64,000 bases of DNA from an uncultured virus (IMG/VR IMGVR_UViG_3300003178_000005) (taxonomy: Duplodnaviria > Heunggongvirae > Uroviricota > Caudoviricetes): IMG/VR virus record IMGVR_UViG_3300003178_000005; one strand, given 5' to 3'. How positions within the stretch are numbered: position 1 is the stretch's first letter; each line of letters begins with the position of its first letter. Made by a program: the position numbers and the translations under genes. Under the pieces are notes generated by a model. That model did no database searches, was not told where the DNA came from, and worked only from the letters and a program-made list of their open reading frames with translations. Of this stretch, positions 29,443-41,608 are shown one piece after another.

Positions 29443-30404
29443 CGTTCAAGCTTCTCTTCTGATATTGAATCGCCATCAAAAATAAGTTCTGCAGCTCCAG
29501 GGAATGCGTGCTCAAAATCTTCAGAGGCAACTTTGTATAGCTGCGTCTCAGGGATTGTGTAGTCTCCTACAACAATTGTGCTCTCAGAAGCAGACTTTTC
29601 AAGCTCGCCAGTCTCTTCGTTTACAATAAAAGGGCTATTATGGACGTCATACACGGCATCAAATATGTCCATGACACCAGCCTCCTTGTCGAGCATCACA
29701 AGGTCATATGCAATCCCTGCGTTTATAGATTTGTCAAAACTAACTGAGCCACCAATCTCTTTTTTGTATGATGCTATTTTTTGAATCATATCCTTGTAGC
29801 CGTCCATGTGTGTTTCTGCATATCTTTCTGTAACAGCGTCTGCAAGCTTATTTAGATTGCATGGAGCCTCTTGAGCATATCTAATAATTTTCTCATCAAG
29901 GTCTTCTGGCTTAAGACCATACTCTTCTGTTGCAATCTTGTACAGATTTGATGATGCTTCAACCTTGTCTGCTATTGATAATGAGTTGAAATTGCTCACT
30001 AGAGTAGATGCCGATTTATATAAAGTCTCGTCATCTATAACTGGAAGCTTCTTTTGAGATGGCAGCAGGAACATATCATCTGGAATATCTTCTGATGCTT
30101 GTTTCTCAAGAGAGTCTATGCTTATAAAATCTATACCCCAATCCTTCAGTGCTTTTTCACAAGCTTGCTTTGTAAGCTCGTCAACATCTTCTCCTTGCAT
30201 ATATAGGGCACTAATTGCCGTCATTTCTGGCGAAAATATAGGGAACATCCTGTTTTCTTTGTCTGCAAACGCTTCGTCAATTATGTCATCAAACTCTGCA
30301 TCAATTGAGGCCGTTTTTAGCAAATCTATCACTTCTGAAGATTTGTTGGCTTCAATCTTCTCTTTTAGCACCATAAGACCTTCGTCGTTCTGTATATCAA
30401 CCAT
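29388..30404 (-). CDS. Acidic head assembly/scaffold-like protein with repeated K-x-A-S motifs (C-terminus probably truncated)
   Basis: KTAS, KQAS, KSAS x2, KIAS, KVAS, KIAT, KEAG. TGgTATAAT promoter at 30438-30446. Confidence 0.65.
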   Translation of the reverse strand: MVDIQNDEGLMVLKEKIEANKSSEVIDLLKTASIDAEFDDIIDEAFADKENRMFPIFSPEMTAISALYMQGEDVDELTKQACEKALKDWGIDFISIDSLEKQASEDIPDDMFLLPSQKKLPVIDDETLYKSASTLVSNFNSLSIADKVEASSNLYKIATEEYGLKPEDLDEKIIRYAQEAPCNLNKLADAVTERYAETHMDGYKDMIQKIASYKKEIGGSVSFDKSINAGIAYDLVMLDKEAGVMDIFDAVYDVHNSPFIVNEETGELEKSASESTIVVGDYTIPETQLYKVASEDFEHAFPGAAELIFDGDSISEEKLERLTNPLKMGFLSMHIQKK

Positions 30405-30455
30405 TTTATTATCCTTGAGACTGTATTATTTTGTACAATTATACCACATATTTTA

Positions 30456-31739
30456 CTAGAACATTCCTCCGCCTCTGTCTGGCAAAGGTTCAAAATGATG
30501 CTCATACTCGTAGCCGTCGTATTTTGGAAATACCATCCAATATTCTGTGTCAGTTGAACTGGTATCTCCTGAGACACCCCATCCAACTACATTTGCAACC
30601 TGGTTTAGCTGTGCTTCAACTTGCCCCGTACTGTCACCAAGTCCAGCTGCCGTATCGCCAGAAGCAGATATCGTCTCGCTTACGTCCCATGCGCACCACC
30701 ATCCGTTTGATGCATAATTACATGTGTCCTGCCAATGGTTAAAAATCCACTTATGCGCACTATTTCTTGAGTTTGCTACGAGAAGGTCAAATATTTGGAG
30801 TTGCTCGAAGTTATTTGTGGAAAGCGCATTGTGTAGGGACAGTGGGACGTTCTCTTTTCTTTTATAGTTGTAAATTGCAGTTGTTATACTTCCACCATAC
30901 CCTCTAAATGAAACGGTTCCACACTCAAGGTCCCCGCCGTCCATTCTTGGCTCAGGACCAGAATCATATATCGCAAACATATCCTTGTCCTCGGCCCTCC
31001 TTGTTCTCATTATTGCATTCTCCCATTCTGACTTTTCCCATATTGCTTCCTTAAAATACTTTGCTTCAAGGTCTATAATAAAATACCTAGGCTCTTTTGG
31101 CTCAAAACATGTTTCATTGCTTTTTATATCCTCGATTGTGTAACCTATGCATAGCCTATGCGTCTCTCCTATTGGAGTAAAAAAGTATTTTTCGACTCTT
31201 GCAGTGTACGGCTCCTCGTCAAAAACCCAACTAACTATTGGCTCTTTGAGTACATCTAAGCATCCAGGTATACATCTTGGGTCCAATTTTTTGCATGGGG
31301 TTCTTCTGGTAAAGTTTCTTTTAGGGTGGTTGATGTATAGCATGATTGCCATCATATAGTCGTGTTCAAGGTATCCAAGGGTCCTATGTGACGACATATA
31401 ATAAGTTATCAAGTGGTCTCCTACCCTATATCGTATCTTGTCAAATGTATCCAAGCCTTCTGTTTTCATAAAGCCATGAAATCTATGATTGTCAACTTCT
31501 AGGTATTTCATTCTGTGCAGATGAGGATAGTGGTATGTATCCTCCACCTCTCTTACATATGACTCAGGGAATTCCTTCTCTATTGTTGGTATTTTAAACT
31601 CCACAGTACAATAGTTTCTTGAAGGGGCATATTCATGATGTATCTTTGCATACGCAACATCAAAATCCATATCATCAATTCCCCATTCTCCAGATGGTTC
31701 AAGATATCGTATTTCTGTATTTACTGATGACAATCCCAA
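30456..31739 (-). CDS. Hypothetical virion protein
   Basis: 427 aa, TTG start after GAGGAG. Confidence 0.7.
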   Translation of the reverse strand: MGLSSVNTEIRYLEPSGEWGIDDMDFDVAYAKIHHEYAPSRNYCTVEFKIPTIEKEFPESYVREVEDTYHYPHLHRMKYLEVDNHRFHGFMKTEGLDTFDKIRYRVGDHLITYYMSSHRTLGYLEHDYMMAIMLYINHPKRNFTRRTPCKKLDPRCIPGCLDVLKEPIVSWVFDEEPYTARVEKYFFTPIGETHRLCIGYTIEDIKSNETCFEPKEPRYFIIDLEAKYFKEAIWEKSEWENAIMRTRRAEDKDMFAIYDSGPEPRMDGGDLECGTVSFRGYGGSITTAIYNYKRKENVPLSLHNALSTNNFEQLQIFDLLVANSRNSAHKWIFNHWQDTCNYASNGWWCAWDVSETISASGDTAAGLGDSTGQVEAQLNQVANVVGWGVSGDTSSTDTEYWMVFPKYDGYEYEHHFEPLPDRGGGMF

Positions 31740-31754
31740 AATTAAACTCCTCGC

Positions 31755-32558
31755 TTACTGTTTTAAGTTGAACATTGAAAACTTAAATGATGCATCAAAC
31801 ACGTCTGGGAAGCTCCCATCAGGCTCAACATCTCCACCGCTTGCTCCTATTGCACCTATTGAACTTTCAAACAACCCTGTTAAAGCATGAGCAAAGCTCA
31901 AATATTTTCTGAAACTTCTGTACGAAAATACAATACTAACAGAATTTCCATAAAACTCTATCGCATCCATTTGTGCAGCGTGTAATGTACCGCTTGTTGG
32001 TGCCCCATATATATTTGCTATATCCCTAATCTGGCCTTGACCTGTCTCATATTCATTTATAAAAGACCTTCCGCAGCTCATCGCAGCAGGCAAGGCAGTA
32101 TATTTCCCTTGGTTGTTTCCATACCCCCCGGCACCAAATGCATTATCAAAGCACACTCTTCCGCCAGTCCATCTGAACGGTTTTACTGCCGTTGCTACAC
32201 TTGCAACGCTTACATAGTTAAAGTCAAATGCAAATCCTTCCATATACACATTAATTTCTTTGCCGCCGACTCCAAGATTGTCGTCCCCATATAGCGGGCC
32301 AGAAGATATCTTTCTCCCGTTCATCCAGCTTCTCGCTTTTGTTGGGGCCTCAAATGGGGCCGACACGCCAGTCCCTATAATTGGGTTTATTGTGATTTTT
32401 CCAGTATCCTCGTCAAGGGTATACTCTACTACGTCTTCTCCATCGCCGCTATATGAAAGAGACCCCGTTTCTTTGTCTACTTTTACTATGTGTGTGCCTG
32501 GTAGCATTTGTATAAACTTTGAAAACACTTGTATTTTCCCGTCTTTTATCTTAAACAT
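31755..32558 (-). CDS. Hypothetical virion protein
   Basis: 267 aa, GGAGG RBS. Confidence 0.75.
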   Translation of the reverse strand: MFKIKDGKIQVFSKFIQMLPGTHIVKVDKETGSLSYSGDGEDVVEYTLDEDTGKITINPIIGTGVSAPFEAPTKARSWMNGRKISSGPLYGDDNLGVGGKEINVYMEGFAFDFNYVSVASVATAVKPFRWTGGRVCFDNAFGAGGYGNNQGKYTALPAAMSCGRSFINEYETGQGQIRDIANIYGAPTSGTLHAAQMDAIEFYGNSVSIVFSYRSFRKYLSFAHALTGLFESSIGAIGASGGDVEPDGSFPDVFDASFKFSMFNLKQ

Positions 32559-35500
32559 TTTCTACCTCCTTAACGATAAAGAACTGGGAGACCTTGTACG
32601 ACGCAAACCCATTCTCTTGTGATGGTCTGTCTGGGAAGCCTGGGAATAGATTTGTTTGCTTTGTTGCCTCGTATGACGCAAAATCGTCACCAAGGGTATC
32701 CAGAACTGATTTCATTAACCCCCTAAAGCTTTCCTGCATTCCATTCAACATTTCTGCTTGGTCTGCACTAAGGTTGAAATCTGTATAATCTAGCTCAAAG
32801 TCCTCAATATGCCAGTCGGCAACGGCTGGAAGATTGTCTATAAAAGACAGCTGTATCTCTGCTAGAGTTTTTTTCATCGCATCAATGTCTGCAAGTTTTT
32901 TCCCTGGGGCAACCGCTTTTGTTTTAATTTTTCTAATAAATCCAGACATCAGCATTTCTCTATCTGATTGGGTGTAGTTGCCGTATACTCTTCTGTTATC
33001 TGAAGTGAAAATATGGTCGAATGCTTGGAAATCAAGGTACGTCATTGACCTTTCTTCGCCGCAAACCACGTCTGCGTTTCTTTCTAGCTTCTTATCTGCA
33101 CCAAAGTCCTCGAAGTCTTTTAGTTTAACTTCTTTTATATCTCCGTTACTACTTTTGGCTGCCCTGTATTGTGGGTCTGAAATTGGGTCATCTACATAGT
33201 AGTATGGGATATTGAATATCTTTTCGAATGAACGCTCTGTTATATTGAAGTCCATAAATGTGGCAGAAATATCTGCGCTTGAAGAGCTTGACGGGAAGAA
33301 CATCTTCATCCAGAAATACGGCGTACCATCGTACACTCCGGAAAGAGACATAAACCCTTTGTCCACAGATAATTCCCCTTGCACAGATAGCATTCCGTCA
33401 AAGAAATCATTTCTTGTATGGATTGTGAGTATGATATTGAAATCAGAATAAGCATTGTTGCAGTAAGATTTGACTCTTTAGTTATTATCCCACTAAGATT
33501 TTCTGGAACCTTCATTGACAAGAAATGTCTAAACAACAAGTCATATGTTGATACATTCGTTCCATACTCGTCTAAAGGAAGCTTTTCTTTTTTATATCTG
33601 TCAGAGTTTCCATATTCCTCAAGCCACCCAACGTCTCCAACAACCTTTGCAGAATCTTTATATATGATAGAGTTGAATTTTGCCCCAATAACAATAGAGT
33701 TGTGACACTTTGTTCCAACGCCGCAATTATCAATGTAGTTCACATATTTTGTTTCTGCTGGCTTGAAGATTTCAAGAAGTATATCCACTTGAGACTCACT
33801 ACTCTCAACAGATATGTTTCTATGCGAAACGACGTATTCTGTTAGGTTTTGCGACACAGGTATGGTGTCTATGTCGTAAAAAATAAAACTTACATCATCG
33901 TATGTATACGGGGAGGTCGTATAGAATATATCCAAATCAGTCATTCCCGACATCTTGTCCCTGAGTATACTTCCAAGAACAATAGGGTTGACATTTATGC
34001 TGGATAGGTCTTCGACTATATACTCTCTTTCTTTTAGGTACCTTTTTGCATTTTCTATAACGTCCAAATCATAGGAAGCCCCATCTATTGTGTCCTTTAA
34101 TATTTTTGCATTTTTCATATATCGGAAGGAGCTAGCCTCCATTGCGTATCCCTCAATCATTGATGAATCTATGCTGTCGCTTATCTCAGGATTAAGCAGC
34201 TTATACTCATCGCTTCTGAACTGGTAGCCGTATTCGTACTCGCTAATAAAACCTTTCTTGTGAACATGAATAAGTGAGCCTCCAGAAACAGAAAGGGCAA
34301 TAATTACAAAGTCTCCATCTTGTTTGCTTATTTTGATGTATGGGTATAGCTTGTATTCCGGTATTTGCCATGTATTGTCTCCAATAAATGTCTGCTCCCA
34401 GTCTAGCAGTATGGTTATGTACTTGGAACTGTCTATAGTATATATTGATATATCGGTCATCTCGAATGAGATATCATAAAACTTCGAGTCCTCTATTCTC
34501 CTCATACTTCCGTAGTTATTTAGCCATGGAATATTCGAATCTATTACTGTATCGTAATTCTCCTCTACAAACACATCTCTAAATAGGCCATCTTTATTTA
34601 TGTCCTGTTTTGTTCCAGCCTGTATTATCATCATTGGGGAAATGTACTCGTCTATACTAATCTCAACGAGGGTCATATCTACTATATGTAGGGTTACGGC
34701 AGGGAAAATTGCACTGTTCAACGACGATGGCTGAATGCTTGATATTCTAAATCTTCCAACACTCTTTTTGATGCCATTTAGGTTTTTATGCTCATTCCAC
34801 ATTGCTAACGGATACAACGCATCATCAAGGTTGAAGTAATCATTGCTGGAATATACAGTTACCGTTGGCTCAAATTCAACACTATAATAGCTTTCCGTAT
34901 CTATTATTTTGTAGTCATACGACTTATCAAAGAATATAAAATCAAGAAGACCTATTCTTGTCCAGCCACCACCCCTATTGTTGTGAGTGATGTACATTTT
35001 GATAAACCTGGCTTCCGGCCTAGAGTGCACAGTTCTAGATATGATTTCACCAGCGTTCATTTGCCTATTTAGATATACATTATCGACATCAAAAAATGTT
35101 TTGCCATCAATAGAAACATAAAGAGTCCATTCTGATGGTGCATCATAGTGTGCATTATTATAATGTCCACACCCAATACTGTAACTATTGATTTGTCTAA
35201 CATCAGGAAGTTCTATTACAACCTCTGCCTTTCTATAATCTGTGAATGTTGTTAGTTTGTATCCTTTGTCATCGTTTGAGGTTAGTACAGGAATATATGT
35301 TTCAGAGCGTGCCCCCCTAACAATATTAATCATCTTTAGTTCATTCGACAGAAAGTCCTGCAAGTCTTTTTCGTACACAAACTCCGCAAATTCTAGCACA
35401 GAGGTTCCAATATTGTCGCCAATTGACCTAAAGCTCATCACAGGAGAGTATACAGACTCTCTTCCATAGTTATTTGTAACTACAATCGTAGAACTATATA

Positions 35501-36206
35501 TATCATCAAGATTTACTATTTCTGGCTCAAATTGCTCAGGTGACGGCGTATAGTCTGCATCACCTTTCAATGACACTCTTGGAACACCGCCAATAAAAAC
35601 CGATGGCAGTTTTATAGTGTTTATGAATCTTGTATCAAGAACAACGCCGTTATCGATTATAAAATCTGTATCTATGATGTCTATATACTTATATGACACT
35701 TTCAGTTCTAAATCTTTTTTCCCGTACACCTGGTGTATAACGTAGTGCGAATCATGCAATACGTTCAATGATGTCCTAAATCCTCTCACCAGCTGCTGCT
35801 TTGAGTCCTTGAGCTTTTTTTTACCAAGAAATCTGACTTCCCATGGAATAGTTATTTTGGCAGACATTGGAGACGTGAATATCTCAAGCTCAGACCCTGT
35901 TCCTATTTGAAGTATACATGTGGCAGAATACACACTTGATGTATTTACAAAAGTAGACACTTCAACAGAGACATCGCACAAGTCGCATATCTGGTCATTA
36001 TCGAAGCTTTCTATCTTGCCTCTGGTTGTCTGAAAGTCCTCTATAGAAAAAGAAGAAAGAAGAAAAATTTCATAGTCAAACGATACTACTTCTGTTATTT
36101 CTCCATATAGCTCATTGGATAAAACACCGTCAAAGCTTTTATTGTACAAAAATATATTCTGTTCTACAGATACAATGCCTGGAAGATTTGTCACAATACT
36201 ACTCAT
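32551..36206 (-). pseudogene. Large virion protein with discoidin (F5/8 C)-like domain, split at ~33450
   Basis: INSYSI...APSEWTLYVSIDGKTF...ARFIKMYIT. The second frame YSDFNIILTIH...MLSVQG continues to 32551. Confidence 0.6.
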
Positions 36207-38091
36207 AATTAAACACCGTCAAAGTCATCTCTCCGGATAAAATATTTTCTCCGTTATAAAATATATTCGCCATAAGATTTGACTCTTCGCTAATTATTCC
36301 ATCCAAATCCTCTTTTGTATCCATGGAGAAATGTGCATCATAATACAGGTCTGGGAATGCTGTAGATGAAAAAATTATAGGCTTCACGGCATAGTATGCG
36401 TCATTGAAGTCTATGCTGCTATTTATAAAAATATCCAATGCTATTTTAGCACCATACAAAGAGTCAGTATCTATATTCTTATTATACGATAATTTACAAA
36501 AGCTGTATAATGAATCGCCAATATATAACTCTTCATTATTTGAATATCTAAATATGCCATCCTTTCCTATTGTGTCTATAGATATTTCTATGTTGTTTCT
36601 ATTTGATATGGAAAATACTTCCCTGCCGTTTGTCGAACAAGATTCTGTTCCTGGAGGCAAAATAGAAGATGGGATGCCGAAACCAGTAATAAATACTATG
36701 ACCACCTTGTCGCTTTTAACCTTGGGATTCCCAGCCGATACTATGGTTCTCTCTGTATTATAATAAAGCTCACCTAGGTAACTTGATGGATGCGTTTCCA
36801 TGAGACTTGATAGCGCCAGCTTCTTATTGGTGAGTGTTATATAATTCACAAACTTAGACTCCACTTCAACGCATACTGATGTAAGCACGCTCCTTGGCAA
36901 TGTTATGCCAGTATTGCTAAAATCTTCAACCTTTAGATTGTTTCTTATTTTGAATCTTGTGTATATCCCGCCATTGATAAATCCGCTTACTTTGTATACT
37001 GTTGGCCTGATATCAACCTTGAATTTAACGATGCTATTAGAAATTTCCACTGGATTTTCTATGATAGTGTTTTTCTTCGGCATGCTAATCAGGCCATACA
37101 TTCTAGAATCTGATATTGTCCTTAATATATCAGCAAACGGTATTTTTATATCAGCGCTATATCTTCGTATATCTAATTTTTTATATAAAATAGGGACGGT
37201 AAGGTGGTCTCCTATATTTTCTTCAAAATCGTAAATTATCCTTGAGAACTTAAAGGAGATAATTGAAGAAAGAAAATCGTTTAGTCTTGATTCAGACAGT
37301 TCAATTCTAAACTCTTTGGATATGACAGGCGAAAGATTCCTTTTTTTCAGAACCTCTATGCTCCCTGCCTTTGCATAAACATTCCCAAGAATCTTTAGAG
37401 GCACGACACTAATGCTTCCTGCATCTTGAGCAACTCCCAGAAGTATATTATTGAAGGTCATCGAGAAATGCCCTATGTCATAAACATAGCCAGGTACAGA
37501 TGTACTTAGAACCTTTATTGAAAATATGTGTGGCCAAACAATATTGTCAAGAAACATTCTTATTGGCGGCTTATTCTCGTATGGGAACCTAAAAGAAGAA
37601 CCGAAGGAGAATGATACCCGCCTTATTTTTGGAGCAATCCCGTATCTAGAGCCTATAGATAAATCTTCATATTTTCTTTTTTCCGCAAAAGATTCAAATA
37701 TATTCTCTCCAAATTTTGCTCTACTAAATCTAGAAACAATATCAAAGTCAGCAGCCCTAGTTGAACTGATAAAGGCTACTGCTGACATGCTTGTGAATTT
37801 GTTTTTGTTCACAGATGATATTAGTGAAAATGACTGGGAGTATAGCCCCTTTCTATATCTTGATATAAAAGAAAAATCTCCAGATGAGCTTTTTTCGAAA
37901 CTTGACTTTATTGAGAGGTCGCCGTTAAAGTTGAAAAATTCTGACTTGAAGTATAAACTTGAGTATGCGCCATTGTAAAATTTTGTACCGAAGCCGAAAT
38001 CCACATAGATATTCTTATCTATAGCGGACAAGAGGCCGAAATCTATAAACGCTTTGTACTTTATGCTAGATTGCAGCCACAGACTGGTCAT
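36199..38091 (-). CDS. Hypothetical virion protein with ~14-aa N-terminal repeats
   Basis: 630-aa ORF. Confidence 0.7.
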   Translation of the reverse strand: MTSLWLQSSIKYKAFIDFGLLSAIDKNIYVDFGFGTKFYNGAYSSLYFKSEFFNFNGDLSIKSSFEKSSSGDFSFISRYRKGLYSQSFSLISSVNKNKFTSMSAVAFISSTRAADFDIVSRFSRAKFGENIFESFAEKRKYEDLSIGSRYGIAPKIRRVSFSFGSSFRFPYENKPPIRMFLDNIVWPHIFSIKVLSTSVPGYVYDIGHFSMTFNNILLGVAQDAGSISVVPLKILGNVYAKAGSIEVLKKRNLSPVISKEFRIELSESRLNDFLSSIISFKFSRIIYDFEENIGDHLTVPILYKKLDIRRYSADIKIPFADILRTISDSRMYGLISMPKKNTIIENPVEISNSIVKFKVDIRPTVYKVSGFINGGIYTRFKIRNNLKVEDFSNTGITLPRSVLTSVCVEVESKFVNYITLTNKKLALSSLMETHPSSYLGELYYNTERTIVSAGNPKVKSDKVVIVFITGFGIPSSILPPGTESCSTNGREVFSISNRNNIEISIDTIGKDGIFRYSNNEELYIGDSLYSFCKLSYNKNIDTDSLYGAKIALDIFINSSIDFNDAYYAVKPIIFSSTAFPDLYYDAHFSMDTKEDLDGIISEESNLMANIFYNGENILSGEMTLTVFNYE

Positions 38092-38109
38092 TGTTTGTCC
38101 TGTGGCTTA

Positions 38110-39081
38110 CTATGAAGCGCTTATGTCGTCAAAGTGTGTTCCAATCTGGAATTGGTTGATAATCTCTGCGTCTATCGCATCTGATGGAGATATGTCAAGT
38201 TCAATCCAGAACGATTTTCCTTCTCCGGGAGACAGTGTTTTTTTGAAGCCATTTGCAAGATACCCTTCGTTAGTTGGGATTGTAACTGTACTTCCAAATG
38301 CCTTATTTAGCTCAACGACAGCAAGTTCTGGGTCTGACTGATGGTCTGTTATTGACTGTATTCCGCCTCTATATACAGCCCTAAAATATCCATCACATAT
38401 TATAACATCATCGCCAACCTCAAACAGGTCTTTGTCCTGTGTTGGAATATATATATTCGTTGTCCCAGAAGAAACAGTTGAGCGGATAACAGAGTTTATG
38501 TACTTTTTCCCGGCCACAAAATCTTCGTCGCTTTGCATAAAATCATAATCATCAACTGTTGAGAATGTTGTGTTTGCCAGTATATCAACAGTTATGTCTT
38601 TGTCTAGCGCAATATGTGAATCGTCAGCTGAAGAAGCAACAGTATATTCAATTGTGTCTATCATAAATGAGCGTCCAACAAGGTCTCCAGCTACTGTCCC
38701 CGCAGGGTAGATATTTTCGATTGCTATTGATGTTCCTGCAGCCACAGCAGAAGAAGAACCAAGCAGCTCGTCTGTATTTTCAAAAGTGATATGCAATTTT
38801 TCAGTAGCCTCATAAAGTTTAAGTCTGTCTGGAGGAAGCACATCTTGTTTTATGTAAAATATACAATCCTTCATTACTCGTGACGAGGACTCGTTAAAGA
38901 CAAACACCTTGGAAAACCTAGTTAGTCCATTTTCTCTTTCTGTGGCTGATATTTCATTAAATATGCTATGGAGAGTATCATTTACAATCTGGTCTCCAAC
39001 TCTACCGCCATTCTGTGAGGCATCAGAATCGCTTCTATGCTCAGAAACGTAATACTTGACCTCGCTAAATAAAATTCCCAT
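38110..39081 (-). CDS. Putative virion structural protein
   Basis: 323 aa, NGGRVG...IFNEISATERENG...KVFVFN, LSPGEGKSFWIE. Confidence 0.65.
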   Translation of the reverse strand: MGILFSEVKYYVSEHRSDSDASQNGGRVGDQIVNDTLHSIFNEISATERENGLTRFSKVFVFNESSSRVMKDCIFYIKQDVLPPDRLKLYEATEKLHITFENTDELLGSSSAVAAGTSIAIENIYPAGTVAGDLVGRSFMIDTIEYTVASSADDSHIALDKDITVDILANTTFSTVDDYDFMQSDEDFVAGKKYINSVIRSTVSSGTTNIYIPTQDKDLFEVGDDVIICDGYFRAVYRGGIQSITDHQSDPELAVVELNKAFGSTVTIPTNEGYLANGFKKTLSPGEGKSFWIELDISPSDAIDAEIINQFQIGTHFDDISAS

Positions 39082-39968
39082 TACTGGACTCCTTTGTCTA
39101 TTTGTATCCTATTTCTGCCGGAGTATACCCCATTTACAAAATTTCGGAATGATGTATTTAGTGTTATTATACCGTATTTATGATTATTCTTATCATAGCT
39201 AACTGTTGAATTTTCTGCATGTAGAGACATAATGGGAAGCAGTATTTCGTCATCAAAGGACACTCTCAAATCTTCAAGAATAAACCTTCCTTCATATACG
39301 ACATCGCCAAGCTCAAACACCTTCTCGCAAAACAGATTCACTTCTTTTCTTACTGTATTTTCTATTATTTTATAAAAAAGTGATATTTTACCTATATTTT
39401 TTGAGCCGACACCACCGTCGCATACTATACCATCAGTATCGTCCTGGCCATATACAATGAATGAGAAATTGTCTCCCTCTACATAAGTTGGGTACGGCCT
39501 ATCTAGGTCCTCCCTAGCAACAACCAGCTCCTTAGTGCTTACACTGATAATACCAACCCTTTTGTTCCCTCTAATAAGGTATCTTGGCCAAGTGCTAATA
39601 AATCTCCCAAAGTGAAATTCACTCGCAACAAGAATATTGTCGTACAGTGATTTCCTAAGCAACACCTGTCTTTTTACTAGCTCTATATTCGAATTCTCTA
39701 TATATACAAGGCCACAGTATCCATACATGCCATCTATGTAGTATCTATACTTACATCTGTCCCCACAATAGTCGTCAATATTATAGAATTCAACTACATC
39801 ATCATTATTTATTCTGAATTGAGACGTCAGAGAGTAATCTTTTGATATATCTTTTATCAAGAATGTCCTAAAATCAAAAGATATATTATTCATCTTAGAG
39901 TCTGAAATGTATGATTCTCTCTCATTGACCCTTAAGACAATATTGAACCTGAAAACAGTAGAGCGCAT
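39081..39968 (-). CDS. Hypothetical protein
   Basis: 295-aa ORF. Confidence 0.7.
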   Translation of the reverse strand: MRSTVFRFNIVLRVNERESYISDSKMNNISFDFRTFLIKDISKDYSLTSQFRINNDDVVEFYNIDDYCGDRCKYRYYIDGMYGYCGLVYIENSNIELVKRQVLLRKSLYDNILVASEFHFGRFISTWPRYLIRGNKRVGIISVSTKELVVAREDLDRPYPTYVEGDNFSFIVYGQDDTDGIVCDGGVGSKNIGKISLFYKIIENTVRKEVNLFCEKVFELGDVVYEGRFILEDLRVSFDDEILLPIMSLHAENSTVSYDKNNHKYGIITLNTSFRNFVNGVYSGRNRIQIDKGVQ

Positions 39969-39972
39969 TATG

Positions 39973-41595
39973 CTAAACCTTGAAAGTTGATGATTTTAGT
40001 ATGTTAAGCATATGCACTTGCTCTATCTCTTCTCTAGTTAGCGATGGAGAAAAGATTGCTATCTCTGCAAATTGTCCATTGAACCCATATTCTGGGTCAT
40101 TTATATCCTTCTCGGAATCCTGCCCAAAGAATACCTTCTTTATCTTCGTGTTCTCTTCGCTGCCTATTACTATATCATTCAAGTCGGCCTTTCCTGCTCT
40201 TGGCCTATCAAGATAGAGTTTGTATATATTTACTAAGTTCTCCATTGTTATAAAGCCTGACTCTTGTAGTAATTTTTTAACACAAACATCTTTAACGTCA
40301 AGCCCACCAGTAAGTGGGTCTGGAGCTGGAAGCATCATGCACACCTCATTGTATGTTCTATATGCCTCCATGGCCCTCCAGAGATATATCTTTTCTGTTG
40401 GCGTCAGCATTTTTTGTTCTGGCCAAATCTGTTTCCCGTTTACATGTATAAAAGTAGTGTATTCATTTTCATCTTCTTCGTCGTATTTCTGATTCTCAAC
40501 TGTAAACGACACGGTATGCTCAAACTCCTTCTCTAGAACAAACCCAGTTGATACCCACTCGTCGCTATATTGTGTGTTGTAGCACAGTACGCCATCCTTG
40601 TCAACCCACAGAGTTATATGGTGAGTCTGATATCCTGCAGGAGTAAGGCCATATCCCATTTCAAATATGACAGTGCCTCTTTGCGAATACTCTTCTATCA
40701 TAAAGTTCGTATGAATTGTAAACTCATCACCTATGCTTGTTCCGTATGTTGACAGGTCTATAAAATCGTGACTATTCATTCTTATCATGTTCCCTACGCC
40801 GTGCAATACGCTTTCCTGTCCAATTGAAAATGTTGCTGGAGACAGGGAGTCATTTTTCCTATTTACTACAAATTCTAATGATGAGTCTTGGTCCCTAACT
40901 GTCGAAGCATCGTTGTAAAACAAAAGCCTTCCGTCATCTATTGTTAGTTGATAGTCTATTGGCTCACTAATGAATCTCATTGTTGGGCTAAATAGGTTCA
41001 ATGAATACTTTCTGTGGGAATACTGCTTAAATCTTGTGTATATCGCAAGCTTTAGTATCTTAAAAAAGTCGTTAGACAATACTCTATCTACTTTTGGTAT
41101 TTGTTTGTACCCTTTAAACCCAATCTGTTCAGCTTTTACCTTTATCTTTCCGTTCCCGTAGACATGTATAACATCACCGTTTAGCATTTCTATTTTGTTT
41201 ACTCCGAAAGGACATATGGCCACATGCATATACCCTCCGCCTGGTGGAATCTCATTCCCTTCATAATATGTTGCAAATTTTGGTAGGAGGCTGGCATCAG
41301 GATAGTATTCCATAACTTCAAAATCGCTCTCTATTACTCCAGCAACATGTATTGTCTTAATTATGTCAAAATCTATTCTTCCAAAATCATTGGTTATTGA
41401 TAGAAAGAATGAGTCGTCAGACTCTACCGCCTTCTGAAATCTAACTCCATCCTCCTCTGTTATGTCTATATTTGCAATATACATCATATTGAAATCGGAC
41501 ATATAAGTCTGCTGCGGAAGAGCATTTATTACAAAGCTTTCAAGCTTTTTTGTTAGTTCAAAATCCAAATATGCATTTATCTTTTCCCCTGCCAT
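39973..41595 (-). CDS. LamG/concanavalin-like domain protein
   Basis: FNGQFAEIAIFSPSLTREEI C-terminal LamG signature. Confidence 0.7.
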   Translation of the reverse strand: MAGEKINAYLDFELTKKLESFVINALPQQTYMSDFNMMYIANIDITEEDGVRFQKAVESDDSFFLSITNDFGRIDFDIIKTIHVAGVIESDFEVMEYYPDASLLPKFATYYEGNEIPPGGGYMHVAICPFGVNKIEMLNGDVIHVYGNGKIKVKAEQIGFKGYKQIPKVDRVLSNDFFKILKLAIYTRFKQYSHRKYSLNLFSPTMRFISEPIDYQLTIDDGRLLFYNDASTVRDQDSSLEFVVNRKNDSLSPATFSIGQESVLHGVGNMIRMNSHDFIDLSTYGTSIGDEFTIHTNFMIEEYSQRGTVIFEMGYGLTPAGYQTHHITLWVDKDGVLCYNTQYSDEWVSTGFVLEKEFEHTVSFTVENQKYDEEDENEYTTFIHVNGKQIWPEQKMLTPTEKIYLWRAMEAYRTYNEVCMMLPAPDPLTGGLDVKDVCVKKLLQESGFITMENLVNIYKLYLDRPRAGKADLNDIVIGSEENTKIKKVFFGQDSEKDINDPEYGFNGQFAEIAIFSPSLTREEIEQVHMLNILKSSTFKV

Positions 41596-41608
41596 CTATT
41601 GTGCTCTC

